A stretch of 64,000 bases of DNA from an uncultured delta proteobacterium. Lineage in GTDB: Bacteria; Desulfobacterota; BSN033; UBA1163. Positions 30,786 through 40,288 of this stretch are shown here, piece after piece. Each line of letters opens with the position of its first letter. The first letter of the stretch is position 1. The DNA is taken from positions 576,001-640,000 of the forward strand of contig CAVPSJ010000004.1 in the NCBI GenBank assembly GCA_963708295.1. Direction: 5' to 3'. The position numbers were made by a program, and so were the translations under genes. The notes under the pieces are model-generated. The model searched no databases and was not told where the DNA came from. It was given only the letters and a program-made list of their open reading frames with translations.

Positions 30786-30791
30786 GATGTC

Positions 30792-32093
30792 TTATTTCCA
30801 TCCCGGGAAGGGATAGATCATATTGGCTGTGGCAAGATCAAAGGGATAGATGATTTCAAGATCGGCTTTCCCGTCTTTCCACTGATACTGTCCGATTAAG
30901 CCCCTGCCTTTGATATTCTGGCCCGTCGCATCAAATTTGATCCCCTCCCATGGCATGACCAACTCGTAACCTCGAATGTCGATCTCATTACACGACTTCT
31001 GAATGGCCTTGGGGTCGGTCGCTCCGGCTCGGTTCAGCACGTAGGCCCAGGTTTGAACCCCCACCACCGACCGAGCGGTGGCCCCGGTCAAATCATCACC
31101 ATATTTCTTCCTGTAAAGATCATTAATCTGTCCCGCAACTTGCTTTACTTTTGCTATTTTTGCGATGAAGACCGTCCGCGTCAGGACCCCGTTCGTGTCC
31201 GCCCCGAGCGTTTTGGTAAAGTCAGCCATCTCAAAACCCGCATCTTGCCCCCAGAAGAAACGGGGAGAAGCCTTCATCCCCTTCAGGGTTCGAATCATGA
31301 GGAGTGAATCCGAAAGATAGGAGGCAAAGAGCATGCAATCCGGTTTGGCCGCGATCAGGGCTTGTGCTTCGGACGTCAAATCAGGCGAGTTCGCATTGTA
31401 AAGGAGCGCTTTTGCAATATTGAATCCGTATTCCTTTGAAAACTTCTCGAGGTCCTTTGCAACACTCGATCCCCATTCCGTATTCTCGCAGGCATAGACT
31501 AAGTTCTTGAGTTGGTCCTTTGGAACGGCCCTTACCCCTTTGACTTTGCCCTCTGTTAATCCCTTCAAAAGCTCAAAGAGGTCTTTGTCAAAATACTCAT
31601 CATGCGGCGTGGTTCGCCAGAACCATTTAAAGCCCCTTCGCGTGAGGTCTGGAGAAGTCGACGAATCGTTGATCATCGGAATTCCATACCTTTCAGCCAC
31701 GGCACTGACTGTCTTGGTCACCGCGCTCTGGTAAGCTCCCATCAACCCAACGACTTTATCGTCGAGGATGAGGCGTTTGGCCAAATCAGCGCCACGGTCC
31801 GGCTCGCCGCGGGAGTCAGCGAAGATCAGTTTGATCTTGGCATTCCCTAAGCTTGGAATGCCTCCCCATTTCGACATGAGAACGTCGATATTAGGATTTT
31901 TATTGTTGACCAGGTTTTCCGCCGTGAATTCGGCAGCCTTCTGCAGGTCTCTCCCAATGGTTGCCAAGGCTCCGGAAAGCGGATAAATCACACCAATTTT
32001 GATCTCCTTTTCAGCAGCCCATAGAGGGAAGCAAACCATGATCGATAAGATCAATACAGAGAAAATAACGAAAAATCTATTATGTGTCTTCAT
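30792..32093 (-). CDS. LIV-family ABC transporter substrate-binding protein
   Basis: Signal peptide, IKIGVIYPLSG, GAYQSAVT, RGFKWFWRTTP; AAGGAGG RBS before ATG 32093. Confidence 0.92.
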   Translation of the reverse strand: MKTHNRFFVIFSVLILSIMVCFPLWAAEKEIKIGVIYPLSGALATIGRDLQKAAEFTAENLVNNKNPNIDVLMSKWGGIPSLGNAKIKLIFADSRGEPDRGADLAKRLILDDKVVGLMGAYQSAVTKTVSAVAERYGIPMINDSSTSPDLTRRGFKWFWRTTPHDEYFDKDLFELLKGLTEGKVKGVRAVPKDQLKNLVYACENTEWGSSVAKDLEKFSKEYGFNIAKALLYNANSPDLTSEAQALIAAKPDCMLFASYLSDSLLMIRTLKGMKASPRFFWGQDAGFEMADFTKTLGADTNGVLTRTVFIAKIAKVKQVAGQINDLYRKKYGDDLTGATARSVVGVQTWAYVLNRAGATDPKAIQKSCNEIDIRGYELVMPWEGIKFDATGQNIKGRGLIGQYQWKDGKADLEIIYPFDLATANMIYPFPGWK

Positions 32094-32448
32094 ACAGCCC
32101 TCCTTATGACAAAAAAATGGGATTCCCCCGAATTTTAAGGAAAATGTTTGTTTATCTTCACCTCCTTCTCTCTGAACTCGCCCTATTTCCCAATAGGCCG
32201 CCATTCTACCCATTCGCATCACGGATGTCAATAATTCAATTTGTCTCGGCCCAACTCCGGTTTTTCCTTGCCCGCGACCAGGGCAAATCCCCTCTGAAGG
32301 TTCATAAGGCCCGCAACCCGCCCCTCTGTGCCGACAACGATTCTCTCCGTAGAACAAAGAACTGGGGGTGGGCAAGCTCAATTTGGAGCTCTCAATTTGG
32401 AGTTGCCTTTATGCCCCATTCTTTATAAGATGAGTACGGGCGAAGGAT

Positions 32449-33636
32449 GTGATGATGAACTTACGTCGATTCATCAGAAAGAAAGAATTGGTCGATTTAA
32501 CCATCCGACTCGTTCAGACTCCCACGGAAAATCCGCCTGGAAACGAGAAGGGGGCTGCGCAGCTTCTGAAACCTTTCCTCTTAAGGATGGGTTTCAAAAT
32601 CAAAATCGTCCTTTCTCCCAAAGGGCGTTGGAACCTCTTGGCGGAGAAAAGATGGGGGAAAGGTGGGAGAACTCTTATCTTCAACGGCCACCTCGACGTT
32701 GTCCCTGCCGGGAAAGCCTCTCAATGGAGGTATCCCCCGTTTCAAGGGAAACTTGTCAGGGGAAAGATCTATGGCCGCGGGTCGTCCGATATGAAAAGTG
32801 GGATTGCCTCTTTCATTCATGCCCTCTCAACGATTGAACGTTCAAGGATCCCTCTTCATCAAGGCGCTGTCATTCTCCACCTGGTCTCTGATGAAGAATC
32901 CCATGGCCATCAGGGCACGGGATTCCTAACCCAACGGATAGGGATCCGGGGCGATGCCGCTCTCGTCGGAGAGCCCACGAGCCTCCAGCCTGTGATCGCT
33001 CAGAAAGGGGCTCTTTGGATCAGGATTCTTACTCTGGGCAAATCCGCTCACGGTTCAAAGCCCCATCTGGGCGTGAATGCCATTGAAAAAATGACGGAGC
33101 TCGTAAGGCAATTAAATTCCATTCCATTGGGGAAAGAACATCCTTTGCTTGGAAAACCGACGCTCAGCATCGGAACGATTCAAGGCGGAACGAAGATCAA
33201 TATCGTCCCCGATCGATGCGAGATTGAAGTGGATCGACGAATGGTGCCCGGTGAAAAGAAAGAGGAGGTGTTCGGAGAGGTAAAAGAAATCTTAGATTCA
33301 CTCCAATCCGAGGATCCTCTCTTTCGATACCGCATGGAGGAGATTGACTTTGCTGAACCCTCTGAGGTCGACCCTGACGAGGAGATCGTCAAAACAGGTG
33401 TGGAGGCCATTCAAAAGGTCACAGGGGAAAAGCCCCTGTTGAGAGGGTTCTCCGGGTTCACGGATTCCCGTTTTTATGTCAATCAGCGTGACATTCCGAC
33501 GCTCATCTTTGGGCCGGGAGGGGTCGATCAATCCCATACGACGGATGAGTCCGTGGAGGTGGATGCCCTGGTCCATGCGGCCCACATCTATGCCATGATC
33601 CTGATGGATTATCTATCGAGAAAAGATGAACCTTGA
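32449..33636 (+). CDS. M20 family metallo-hydrolase (ArgE/DapE-like)
   Basis: NGHLDVVP, GRGSSDMKSG, DEE, GEPT, GFTD, HTTDE. Confidence 0.92.
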   Translation: MMMNLRRFIRKKELVDLTIRLVQTPTENPPGNEKGAAQLLKPFLLRMGFKIKIVLSPKGRWNLLAEKRWGKGGRTLIFNGHLDVVPAGKASQWRYPPFQGKLVRGKIYGRGSSDMKSGIASFIHALSTIERSRIPLHQGAVILHLVSDEESHGHQGTGFLTQRIGIRGDAALVGEPTSLQPVIAQKGALWIRILTLGKSAHGSKPHLGVNAIEKMTELVRQLNSIPLGKEHPLLGKPTLSIGTIQGGTKINIVPDRCEIEVDRRMVPGEKKEEVFGEVKEILDSLQSEDPLFRYRMEEIDFAEPSEVDPDEEIVKTGVEAIQKVTGEKPLLRGFSGFTDSRFYVNQRDIPTLIFGPGGVDQSHTTDESVEVDALVHAAHIYAMILMDYLSRKDEP

Positions 33637-33647
33637 TCTCGAAAAGG

Positions 33648-35027
33648 TCATGAAGGAATAGAACCGGCGACCCGGGTTCTTGATGTCTCTCCTACCTTCT
33701 TCAACACCTCCTCGAATATCGTGAGCGCGGTGTCCGCCTCTTTCTTCGTGATGATCAGCGGGGGGCTGAACCGAATCACGTTCTCTCCCGCTCCCAAGAT
33801 GAGGAGCCCCCTTTCAAAACAGGCTCGAATGATTCTGCTCCTCTCTTCGATTGCCTTCTCTTTGGTCTGCCGGTCTCGAACCAGTTCAATCCCGATCATT
33901 AAACCCTTACCTCTCACATCGCCGATCAGATGAAAGCGTTTCTGGAGTTCTCTTAGTTTTCCGAGGAGATAGGTCCCCATGGTTGCGGCGTTTTCAATGA
34001 GTCCCTCCTCAAGAAGGTCAATGGTGGCCAGGGCCGCTCGGCAACTGATGGGGTTTCCGCCAAAGGTGCTGGCATGAGAACCGGGGACCCAATCCATGAC
34101 CTCGCTCTGTGAGACAGTCGCTCCCAGGGGCATCCCGGAGGCAATTCCCTTTGCCAACGCGATGATGTCCGGGATGATTCCCCAGTGTTCAATCGCCATC
34201 ATCTTTCCTGTCCTTCCCATGCCACTCTGAACCTCATCATCCACAAAGAGGATTCCAAACTCCTTTGCCAGTTCGTAGAGTTTTTGATGAAATTCCGGCG
34301 GGGGGACGACATATCCCCCTTCGCCCTGAATGGGTTCAACAAAAATCGCCGCCACTTCCTCAGGGGGGATACTCCTTTTAAAGAGATCTTCACGAATCCA
34401 ATCGACACAGGCAGCGCTGCACCCCGGGTATTGTCCGTGATGATAAGGACAGCGGTAACAATAGGCGTAAGGCACATGGGTTACCCCGGGGAGAAGCGGG
34501 GAGAACCCCTTTTCATGAATCGCTTTGCTGGCGGTTAAAGAAAGGGCACCCATCGTCCGCCCGTGAAAAGCGCCCAGGAAAGCCAGAATTTGAGGCCGTC
34601 TGGTATGGTAGTGTGCCAGCTTGAGAGCGGCTTCGATGGCTTCAGCGCCTGAATTACCGAAGAAGACCCTTTTTTCTCTTGAACCCGGAGTGATCTCGGA
34701 GAGCTTCGCAGCGAGGTTTGATTGGAGGCCATAATAGAAATCGCTGCCGGACATATGGATGAGGTCTTTTGCCTGGAGACGAATTGCCTTCACGACCCTC
34801 GGATGGCAATGCCCTGTATTGCAGACAGCAATTCCGGAAGTGAAATCGAGGAATCGATTCCCATCTTCATCCTCCACCCACATTCCCCTCGCCTTTTTGA
34901 CGACGAGTGGATAGACACGGGTGTAGGACTGAGAGACAAATCTCTGATCCTTCCCAAGGACCTTCCTGGCTTCAGGTCCCGGCAGTTTAGTCCTGATCGA
35001 AGGAGATGAGAATCTTTTCTTTTCCAT
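33648..35027 (-). CDS. Class III aminotransferase (4-aminobutyrate aminotransferase-like)
   Basis: NSGAEAIEAA, FHGRT, EPIQGEGGY, DEVQSGMGRTG, AKGIASGMP, STFGGNP. Confidence 0.93.
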   Translation of the reverse strand: MEKKRFSSPSIRTKLPGPEARKVLGKDQRFVSQSYTRVYPLVVKKARGMWVEDEDGNRFLDFTSGIAVCNTGHCHPRVVKAIRLQAKDLIHMSGSDFYYGLQSNLAAKLSEITPGSREKRVFFGNSGAEAIEAALKLAHYHTRRPQILAFLGAFHGRTMGALSLTASKAIHEKGFSPLLPGVTHVPYAYCYRCPYHHGQYPGCSAACVDWIREDLFKRSIPPEEVAAIFVEPIQGEGGYVVPPPEFHQKLYELAKEFGILFVDDEVQSGMGRTGKMMAIEHWGIIPDIIALAKGIASGMPLGATVSQSEVMDWVPGSHASTFGGNPISCRAALATIDLLEEGLIENAATMGTYLLGKLRELQKRFHLIGDVRGKGLMIGIELVRDRQTKEKAIEERSRIIRACFERGLLILGAGENVIRFSPPLIITKKEADTALTIFEEVLKKVGETSRTRVAGSIPS

Positions 35028-35338
35028 GGGATTCCCCCTGACTCTTTATGTCTCCCCCCGCCCTCTCTCGTGCCGAGACTCTGTCAAAATCGGGAAAGGT
35101 GCTAGAAACCCTAAGAACCGGGACAGACAGGCGGGTGAGAAAACTTTAGAGCGCAACCTTTAAACCATGAGACTCACGGGCCTCAACCCCATGGAGAAAT
35201 AACTTTCTTGCCTCAACGATCATGGCCTATCCCTTAAACGTGCGCATTCTAAAATTTTGGAACCCGCTTGTTTGTCCCGGTTCTCCCCCGCTCGTGGCCG
35301 ATGATGGTACAGTCTCTCCCGGGGGAGGGCGAAAAGGA

Positions 35339-36235
35339 TTATTTGGATTTGATTTCCACTTTTGCCATCTTTTCGAAAAAGGTGGCCAATGCCGAATGGT
35401 CCTCTTCCCCTCTTCCCTCGGTCATCAGAGAGAGAAAGACCTGCTGAATGAAACTGGAAAGCGGCAGCGGAACACCTAAGTCCTTTGCCGTGGAAAGAGC
35501 GTTCTGAAGGTCTTTATGGTGAAGTCTGATCTTGAAGCCCGGCTTAAAATTTCTTCCGAACATCATCGGCGCCTTCGTCTCTAAGACCGAGCTGCCCGCC
35601 AACCCCCCCCGGATGGCCTGGTGGATCACCTGAGGATCAAGACCCGCCTTTGCTCCGAGGGTAAAGGCCTCACCAACGGCGGCGATATTCGCGGCAACGA
35701 TGATCTGGTTCACCAGCTTAACGAACCCGCCTGCGCCGATCCCTCCGACTCGGACAATGTTCTTTCCTACGGCATTAAAAATGTCAACGCAATCTTTGAA
35801 AACCTTCTCCTCTCCTCCCACCATGATCGCCAGGGTCCCCTGGGTCGCACCGGTTTCACCTCCGCTGACCGGCGCATCCAGCATTTCCACGTTCTTCTTT
35901 CTTAATTCCTTCTCAATCTCCTGACTCACGAGGGGGTTGATGGAACTCATGTCGATGACAATCGCCCCTGGTTTGATTCCCTCCATGACCCCGTTCTTCC
36001 CCAGGATAACCTCTTTTACATCGGGGGAATCAGGCAGCATGGTGATGATCACGTCTGCCTTCCCTGCGGCTTCTTTAGAGGAAGATGCGGCCAGAGCCCC
36101 TGCTTTGACCACGTCGTCAACAGCATTTTTATTCAGGTCATAGGCGACGATAGAGAACCCGGCCTTCAAAAGATTCTTGGCCATGGGCTTCCCCATAATT
36201 CCTAATCCAATGAATCCTATTTTCTTCTTCATCAT
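35339..36235 (-). CDS. garR: 2-hydroxy-3-oxopropionate reductase (GarR/GlxR, beta-hydroxyacid dehydrogenase family)
   Basis: IGFIGLGIMGKPMAKNL, DAPVSGG, KLVNQ, FKPGFKIRLHHKDL. Confidence 0.85.
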   Translation of the reverse strand: MMKKKIGFIGLGIMGKPMAKNLLKAGFSIVAYDLNKNAVDDVVKAGALAASSSKEAAGKADVIITMLPDSPDVKEVILGKNGVMEGIKPGAIVIDMSSINPLVSQEIEKELRKKNVEMLDAPVSGGETGATQGTLAIMVGGEEKVFKDCVDIFNAVGKNIVRVGGIGAGGFVKLVNQIIVAANIAAVGEAFTLGAKAGLDPQVIHQAIRGGLAGSSVLETKAPMMFGRNFKPGFKIRLHHKDLQNALSTAKDLGVPLPLSSFIQQVFLSLMTEGRGEEDHSALATFFEKMAKVEIKSK

Positions 36236-36453
36236 CTTCCTCCTTAATGAATTTGATCACCCATGAATCATTCATTCTTTCTTAAGTTATTCTACTCTAT
36301 TTCTTGCTCCTGCGAAAGCTGGGAGACAATTCTTTCTTGGAATACTTGTATCTTGGTTTCCGTTTCCGCCGGGAAAGAGGCGGAAACGGCAGAGTGGATA
36401 CAAAGGATGGGGGAGATTGAAAATTCTATCTTCTGTCTATGGAGTATCTTGTC

Positions 36454-37092
36454 TCAGTTTGACAAGAGGTAAGCCAAATTGTCTAGGATCGTGGTGAAAA
36501 AGACATCCTTCACCATAAAGCCCTCGGGAACGGTGACCTGCGCCGGCGCAAAGTTAAGGATTCCTTTCACCTCCGCCTCCACCAGCATGTTAGCAACGCT
36601 TTGAGCCTCCGAGGGAGGAGTTGCGATGATTCCGATCTCGATCTTCCTTTCCTTCGCTACATCCCTGATACGGTTAATATGAAAGACCTCCACTGGCTTG
36701 CCCAATTTTTCAGAGACCCTTCCAATCACTTTCGGAGGATCGATATCAAAGGCCGCGACGATTTTATAATTCTGCTTCAGAAAATCCTTATAAGAGAGAA
36801 GGGCCGAGCCCAAATTCCCTACGCCAACAAGCCCCATCCGCCATTCTTTGTTCGATCCCAATATCTTCTTGATATTATTTAACAAATCTTTCACATAGTA
36901 ACCCACGCCTCGAATTCCAAATTCACCGAAATAGGCCAGGTCCTTTCTAACTTGAGCGGCATTGACCATGCACTGATTGGCCAGTTGGGCAGAGGAGACA
37001 ACCTTTTCTCCCTTTTCCTCCATCTCTTCTAAGCGCCTTGAATACCTCGATAACCTCCTGATGGTCGCCTCGGGTATTTTCTTATATTTCAA
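36454..37092 (-). CDS. rex: Redox-sensing transcriptional repressor Rex (probable TTG start at 37092)
   Basis: IPEATIRRLSRY, QVRKDLAYFGEFGIRGVGY, GVGNLG, ILNFAP. Confidence 0.96.
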   Translation of the reverse strand: MKYKKIPEATIRRLSRYSRRLEEMEEKGEKVVSSAQLANQCMVNAAQVRKDLAYFGEFGIRGVGYYVKDLLNNIKKILGSNKEWRMGLVGVGNLGSALLSYKDFLKQNYKIVAAFDIDPPKVIGRVSEKLGKPVEVFHINRIRDVAKERKIEIGIIATPPSEAQSVANMLVEAEVKGILNFAPAQVTVPEGFMVKDVFFTTILDNLAYLLSN

Positions 37093-37094
37093 TT

Positions 37095-37112
37095 TTGTGA
37101 CCCCTTTCACAA
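37095..37112. promoter_or_regulatory. Rex operator overlapping the rex ribosome-binding region (autoregulation)
   Basis: TTGTGACCCCTTTCACAA palindrome, Rex consensus TTGTGA-N6-TCACAA. Confidence 0.8.
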
Positions 37113-37263
37113 GTTTTCCCAAAAAAATATTAAATTCCTACATTTTTGTCAAGTATATCTTCATTCTTGCCGTCCCCGGTTTTTTCTTTCATGGGCAAGG
37201 AGGTCTTATGGGGGACTTCCCAGGTCGGATCAAGAAATGGGAGGAGAACATGCGGATCTTCTG

Positions 37264-39435
37264 TTACTTTATACTTATAATTCCCCCTTTCGCTATTTCT
37301 CCCTTTCTCCTGGCTATCTGTTTGATGGTCTCGTCCAGTCTGCGATTGGCGACTTCAAGTAATTCTTCAGTGTACTCCAAATTATGAACTCCCTTACCGT
37401 TCTTTGCCGAATAGTAATTGAATTCTGCCTCTCCATACAGTTTTCGAAAAACAAACGTATGGCCTCCGCTGAGATCTATCCGATCGATCTCATCCTTGAC
37501 TCTCGCCAATTTAGGTTCCAATTTTTTCAACAAGTCTTCAGACGTCGTCTTCCATCGGACCGCCATCTCACCGTAACTCTGGTCATGACACTCGATGCAA
37601 CGTTTCTTGATGGCCTCAAAGGTGTCCTTCTTCTTCGCCACGATGCCCCGATGACAATCAACGCATTCGACCACACCCAGCTTATTACTCGGTCTCTCCT
37701 TGACGCCAATCCCCCCTTTTCCTTGAACGAGCTTTTTGACTGCGGCATGACAATCATCACATTTCACTTTCTTAATCCCTTTCCCATGATGGCATTCCGC
37801 GCAATTTTTCATGATCGTTTTACCGTGATTTTCCCGTGGAGAATGGCAATCTGAGCACTTCTGCCCGTTACCCGCAATGTGGGTTTGATGGGAGAATTTG
37901 GTGTCATTAAACGAAACGGTACGCTTCTCGATTCCGACATGGCACAGCGTGGTACAGGTCATGCGGGTTTTAGACTCCTGGGGGGTATAGTCTTTATCGA
38001 TAATCGCCAGAACCCGCTCCGTTCTATTGTTCGCTGCATTGAGAAGTTTAAAAGCGTATTCAACATTGTGAACGCCCTGCCCCAAGAGGACAAAGCTGTA
38101 ATTGTGACGGGCTTCATTGAGGAGGTTTTGGGCCTTTTTGAACAGGGTTCCTCCCCCGCTGGTCTTTTCAAACTCAGATAATACTTTCTGGACATTGGAA
38201 ATTCTCTGATTCGTCTCATTTTCCGCCTTGGAAAGAAGCGATTTCCACTGTTTCAACGTATCATCAAATCCCTCCCCGTGGCAGTCGACGCAGGCTTCAC
38301 CGATCACCCGTTCCGCAAATCGAGTGGTGTGGAGTGCGGCCTGACTTTCTTCAGCTCTTCGATGGCAGGCGATACAGTCGACATTGGCCGTAAACATGAG
38401 ACTGGGAGAGTCCGGAACGCCGATCCCTCCCCTCCCCCGGTAAAAATCTCTGGGTCCCAAATGCATTTCCTTGCTGTGGCACCTATCACAATTGGATGGA
38501 GCGTGGGCAAGGGTAGGGATCTCGCCAATTTCATGCCGTAGGGGCGTGTGGCAACTGGAGCATTCGATCTTGTGGTCAGTCACATGTTTCTTATGCATGA
38601 GCTCAGATGTAAATTTCGTACTCAGAAGGACCGGTTCATTGTGACATTCCATGCACTTTCCCTCAGGGACATGGCCGTCTCCCTGTACAACGCTGAGATG
38701 GCACTTCTCGCAAGCGACCCCTCTGGCAATATATTTCTTGTGATTGAAGCTCCAACCCTTGACCCGGATATCCCCTTTCGGCTCCACGTGGCAGGAGGTA
38801 CATCCTCCGACGGCGCATGAAAGGCATTCATCCTCTCCCTTGGGACCGGCCTTGTAATAGTGGCAGATGAAGCAATTGATTTCATGAACCGTCAGGTGTT
38901 TCCCTTGAACGAGCTGAGCATGACAGCTGGCACAGCGGAGTTTCATTCCCCTTCTCAGCTCACCCAAATGTTTTCCGTGTGAGAAGGCCACGTTTTTGTA
39001 AATCATATTTCCCTTCAGATCATCAACCTGATGGCAGCCCTTCTGCAGACAGCTTGCATCGCTGATTTGGGCGTGAGGCGTACTCGGCCTTTTTCCCGAA
39101 AGGAAATAGGCCAGGGATACCTGGCCGTCGACCCACTTCCCCTTCATATGATTCAAAAACCCAGGCTCATAGTGGCATTTCGTGCAAGCGACTTGCTTGT
39201 GGCTGGAAGTCCTCCATGACTCCATATAGGCACTCATTTGATGACAAACTCCACAGAAGGTGGAGGACTCGGTAAATCTGAGAAGACCTCCCACGACGAT
39301 CAGAAAAACAACGATGCAAAATACCAGAAAGATCTTGATTGCCTTGAAGTGGGCTCGAGTGCCCCTCCTCGCCTCGTTGAAAAAATCGATCCAAAAGATC
39401 TTGACCAAATCGTAAAGATTCTTTATAGTTCCCAT
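37264..39435 (-). CDS. Large membrane-anchored multiheme cytochrome c with NapC/NirT-like N-terminus
   Basis: 16 CxxCH motifs plus CLQKGCH and CTTLCH; N-terminal TM helix followed by STFCGVCH..SWRTSSH. Confidence 0.92.
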   Translation of the reverse strand: MGTIKNLYDLVKIFWIDFFNEARRGTRAHFKAIKIFLVFCIVVFLIVVGGLLRFTESSTFCGVCHQMSAYMESWRTSSHKQVACTKCHYEPGFLNHMKGKWVDGQVSLAYFLSGKRPSTPHAQISDASCLQKGCHQVDDLKGNMIYKNVAFSHGKHLGELRRGMKLRCASCHAQLVQGKHLTVHEINCFICHYYKAGPKGEDECLSCAVGGCTSCHVEPKGDIRVKGWSFNHKKYIARGVACEKCHLSVVQGDGHVPEGKCMECHNEPVLLSTKFTSELMHKKHVTDHKIECSSCHTPLRHEIGEIPTLAHAPSNCDRCHSKEMHLGPRDFYRGRGGIGVPDSPSLMFTANVDCIACHRRAEESQAALHTTRFAERVIGEACVDCHGEGFDDTLKQWKSLLSKAENETNQRISNVQKVLSEFEKTSGGGTLFKKAQNLLNEARHNYSFVLLGQGVHNVEYAFKLLNAANNRTERVLAIIDKDYTPQESKTRMTCTTLCHVGIEKRTVSFNDTKFSHQTHIAGNGQKCSDCHSPRENHGKTIMKNCAECHHGKGIKKVKCDDCHAAVKKLVQGKGGIGVKERPSNKLGVVECVDCHRGIVAKKKDTFEAIKKRCIECHDQSYGEMAVRWKTTSEDLLKKLEPKLARVKDEIDRIDLSGGHTFVFRKLYGEAEFNYYSAKNGKGVHNLEYTEELLEVANRRLDETIKQIARRKGEIAKGGIISIK

Positions 39436-39615
39436 CGTAAGGCCTCCACCCAAAGCTCAATTTTACAACCTTTTAAAATTATTGCAAGGGTACCCCCCCT
39501 CTTCAAACTCTGTGATCGAGGAGAAGGAGGGGACCGAGAGAAGCGGGTCAGATTGCCCGGACGGATCTCACTCATCTGACCTCCGTCATCTTCTCGGAAA
39601 ATAGGAAACGGCTGA

Positions 39616-40263
39616 ATGCATCGATTGCGTACAGTGAACCGAAAATGGATCTTCCTCTCAATCGCCTCTTTATGTTTCCTTCTCTGGCTTGGAAAGCTCG
39701 ACTCCCTTCTGGCTCAAGTCGGAGAAAATCCCATGGACCGGAGAGAGGAGAAAATAAGGGATTTTCGAGAAAAGAGAGATCGGTTTTTCAGGGAAGACCC
39801 TCATTCCCCTTTGAGGGAGATTGACCGAAAAAAATTCAAAGGCCTTTCTTACTACCCGATCGATCTCAAATATGCCATGGTCGGGGCAATTGAAAGATAT
39901 CCTACCGAACCCAAACCCAGGTACGTCACGCTTGCCACGAATAAGGTGACGGGAAGAAAATATGTAGAATATGGCCGCTTTGTGTTTAAGTGGGAGGGGA
40001 AAGCATCCTCCCTCCAGATCTTTCGGCCTTTGGGGGGCGGGGAACTTTTTCTTCCTTTTAAAGATAAGACTTCGGAGACAGAGACCTATCCCGGAGGGCG
40101 CTATCTCTCGATCGAACCCATACCTGGAGGGAACGTACTGATCGATTTCAATCGGGCCTATAATCCGTTCTGCCAGTTCAATGAGAAATATATCTGCCCT
40201 TATGCCCCCGAGGAGAATTGGCTCGGCATCGACATTCGGGCAGGAGAGAAGAGATTTCGATGA
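39616..40263 (+). CDS. DUF1684 family protein with N-terminal signal/TM
   Basis: LFLPFKDKTS..TYPGGRYL, IDFNRAYNPFC..CP. Confidence 0.9.
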   Translation: MHRLRTVNRKWIFLSIASLCFLLWLGKLDSLLAQVGENPMDRREEKIRDFREKRDRFFREDPHSPLREIDRKKFKGLSYYPIDLKYAMVGAIERYPTEPKPRYVTLATNKVTGRKYVEYGRFVFKWEGKASSLQIFRPLGGGELFLPFKDKTSETETYPGGRYLSIEPIPGGNVLIDFNRAYNPFCQFNEKYICPYAPEENWLGIDIRAGEKRFR

Positions 40264-40288
40264 CGACGGCTGCACAAAGGAGATGAAT

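Noticed and set aside
32094-32381. Long N-terminal extensions given by the ORF track (also rex 37093-37122 and 61730-61846)
   Set aside because: Downstream starts have clear RBSs and family-typical N-termini.
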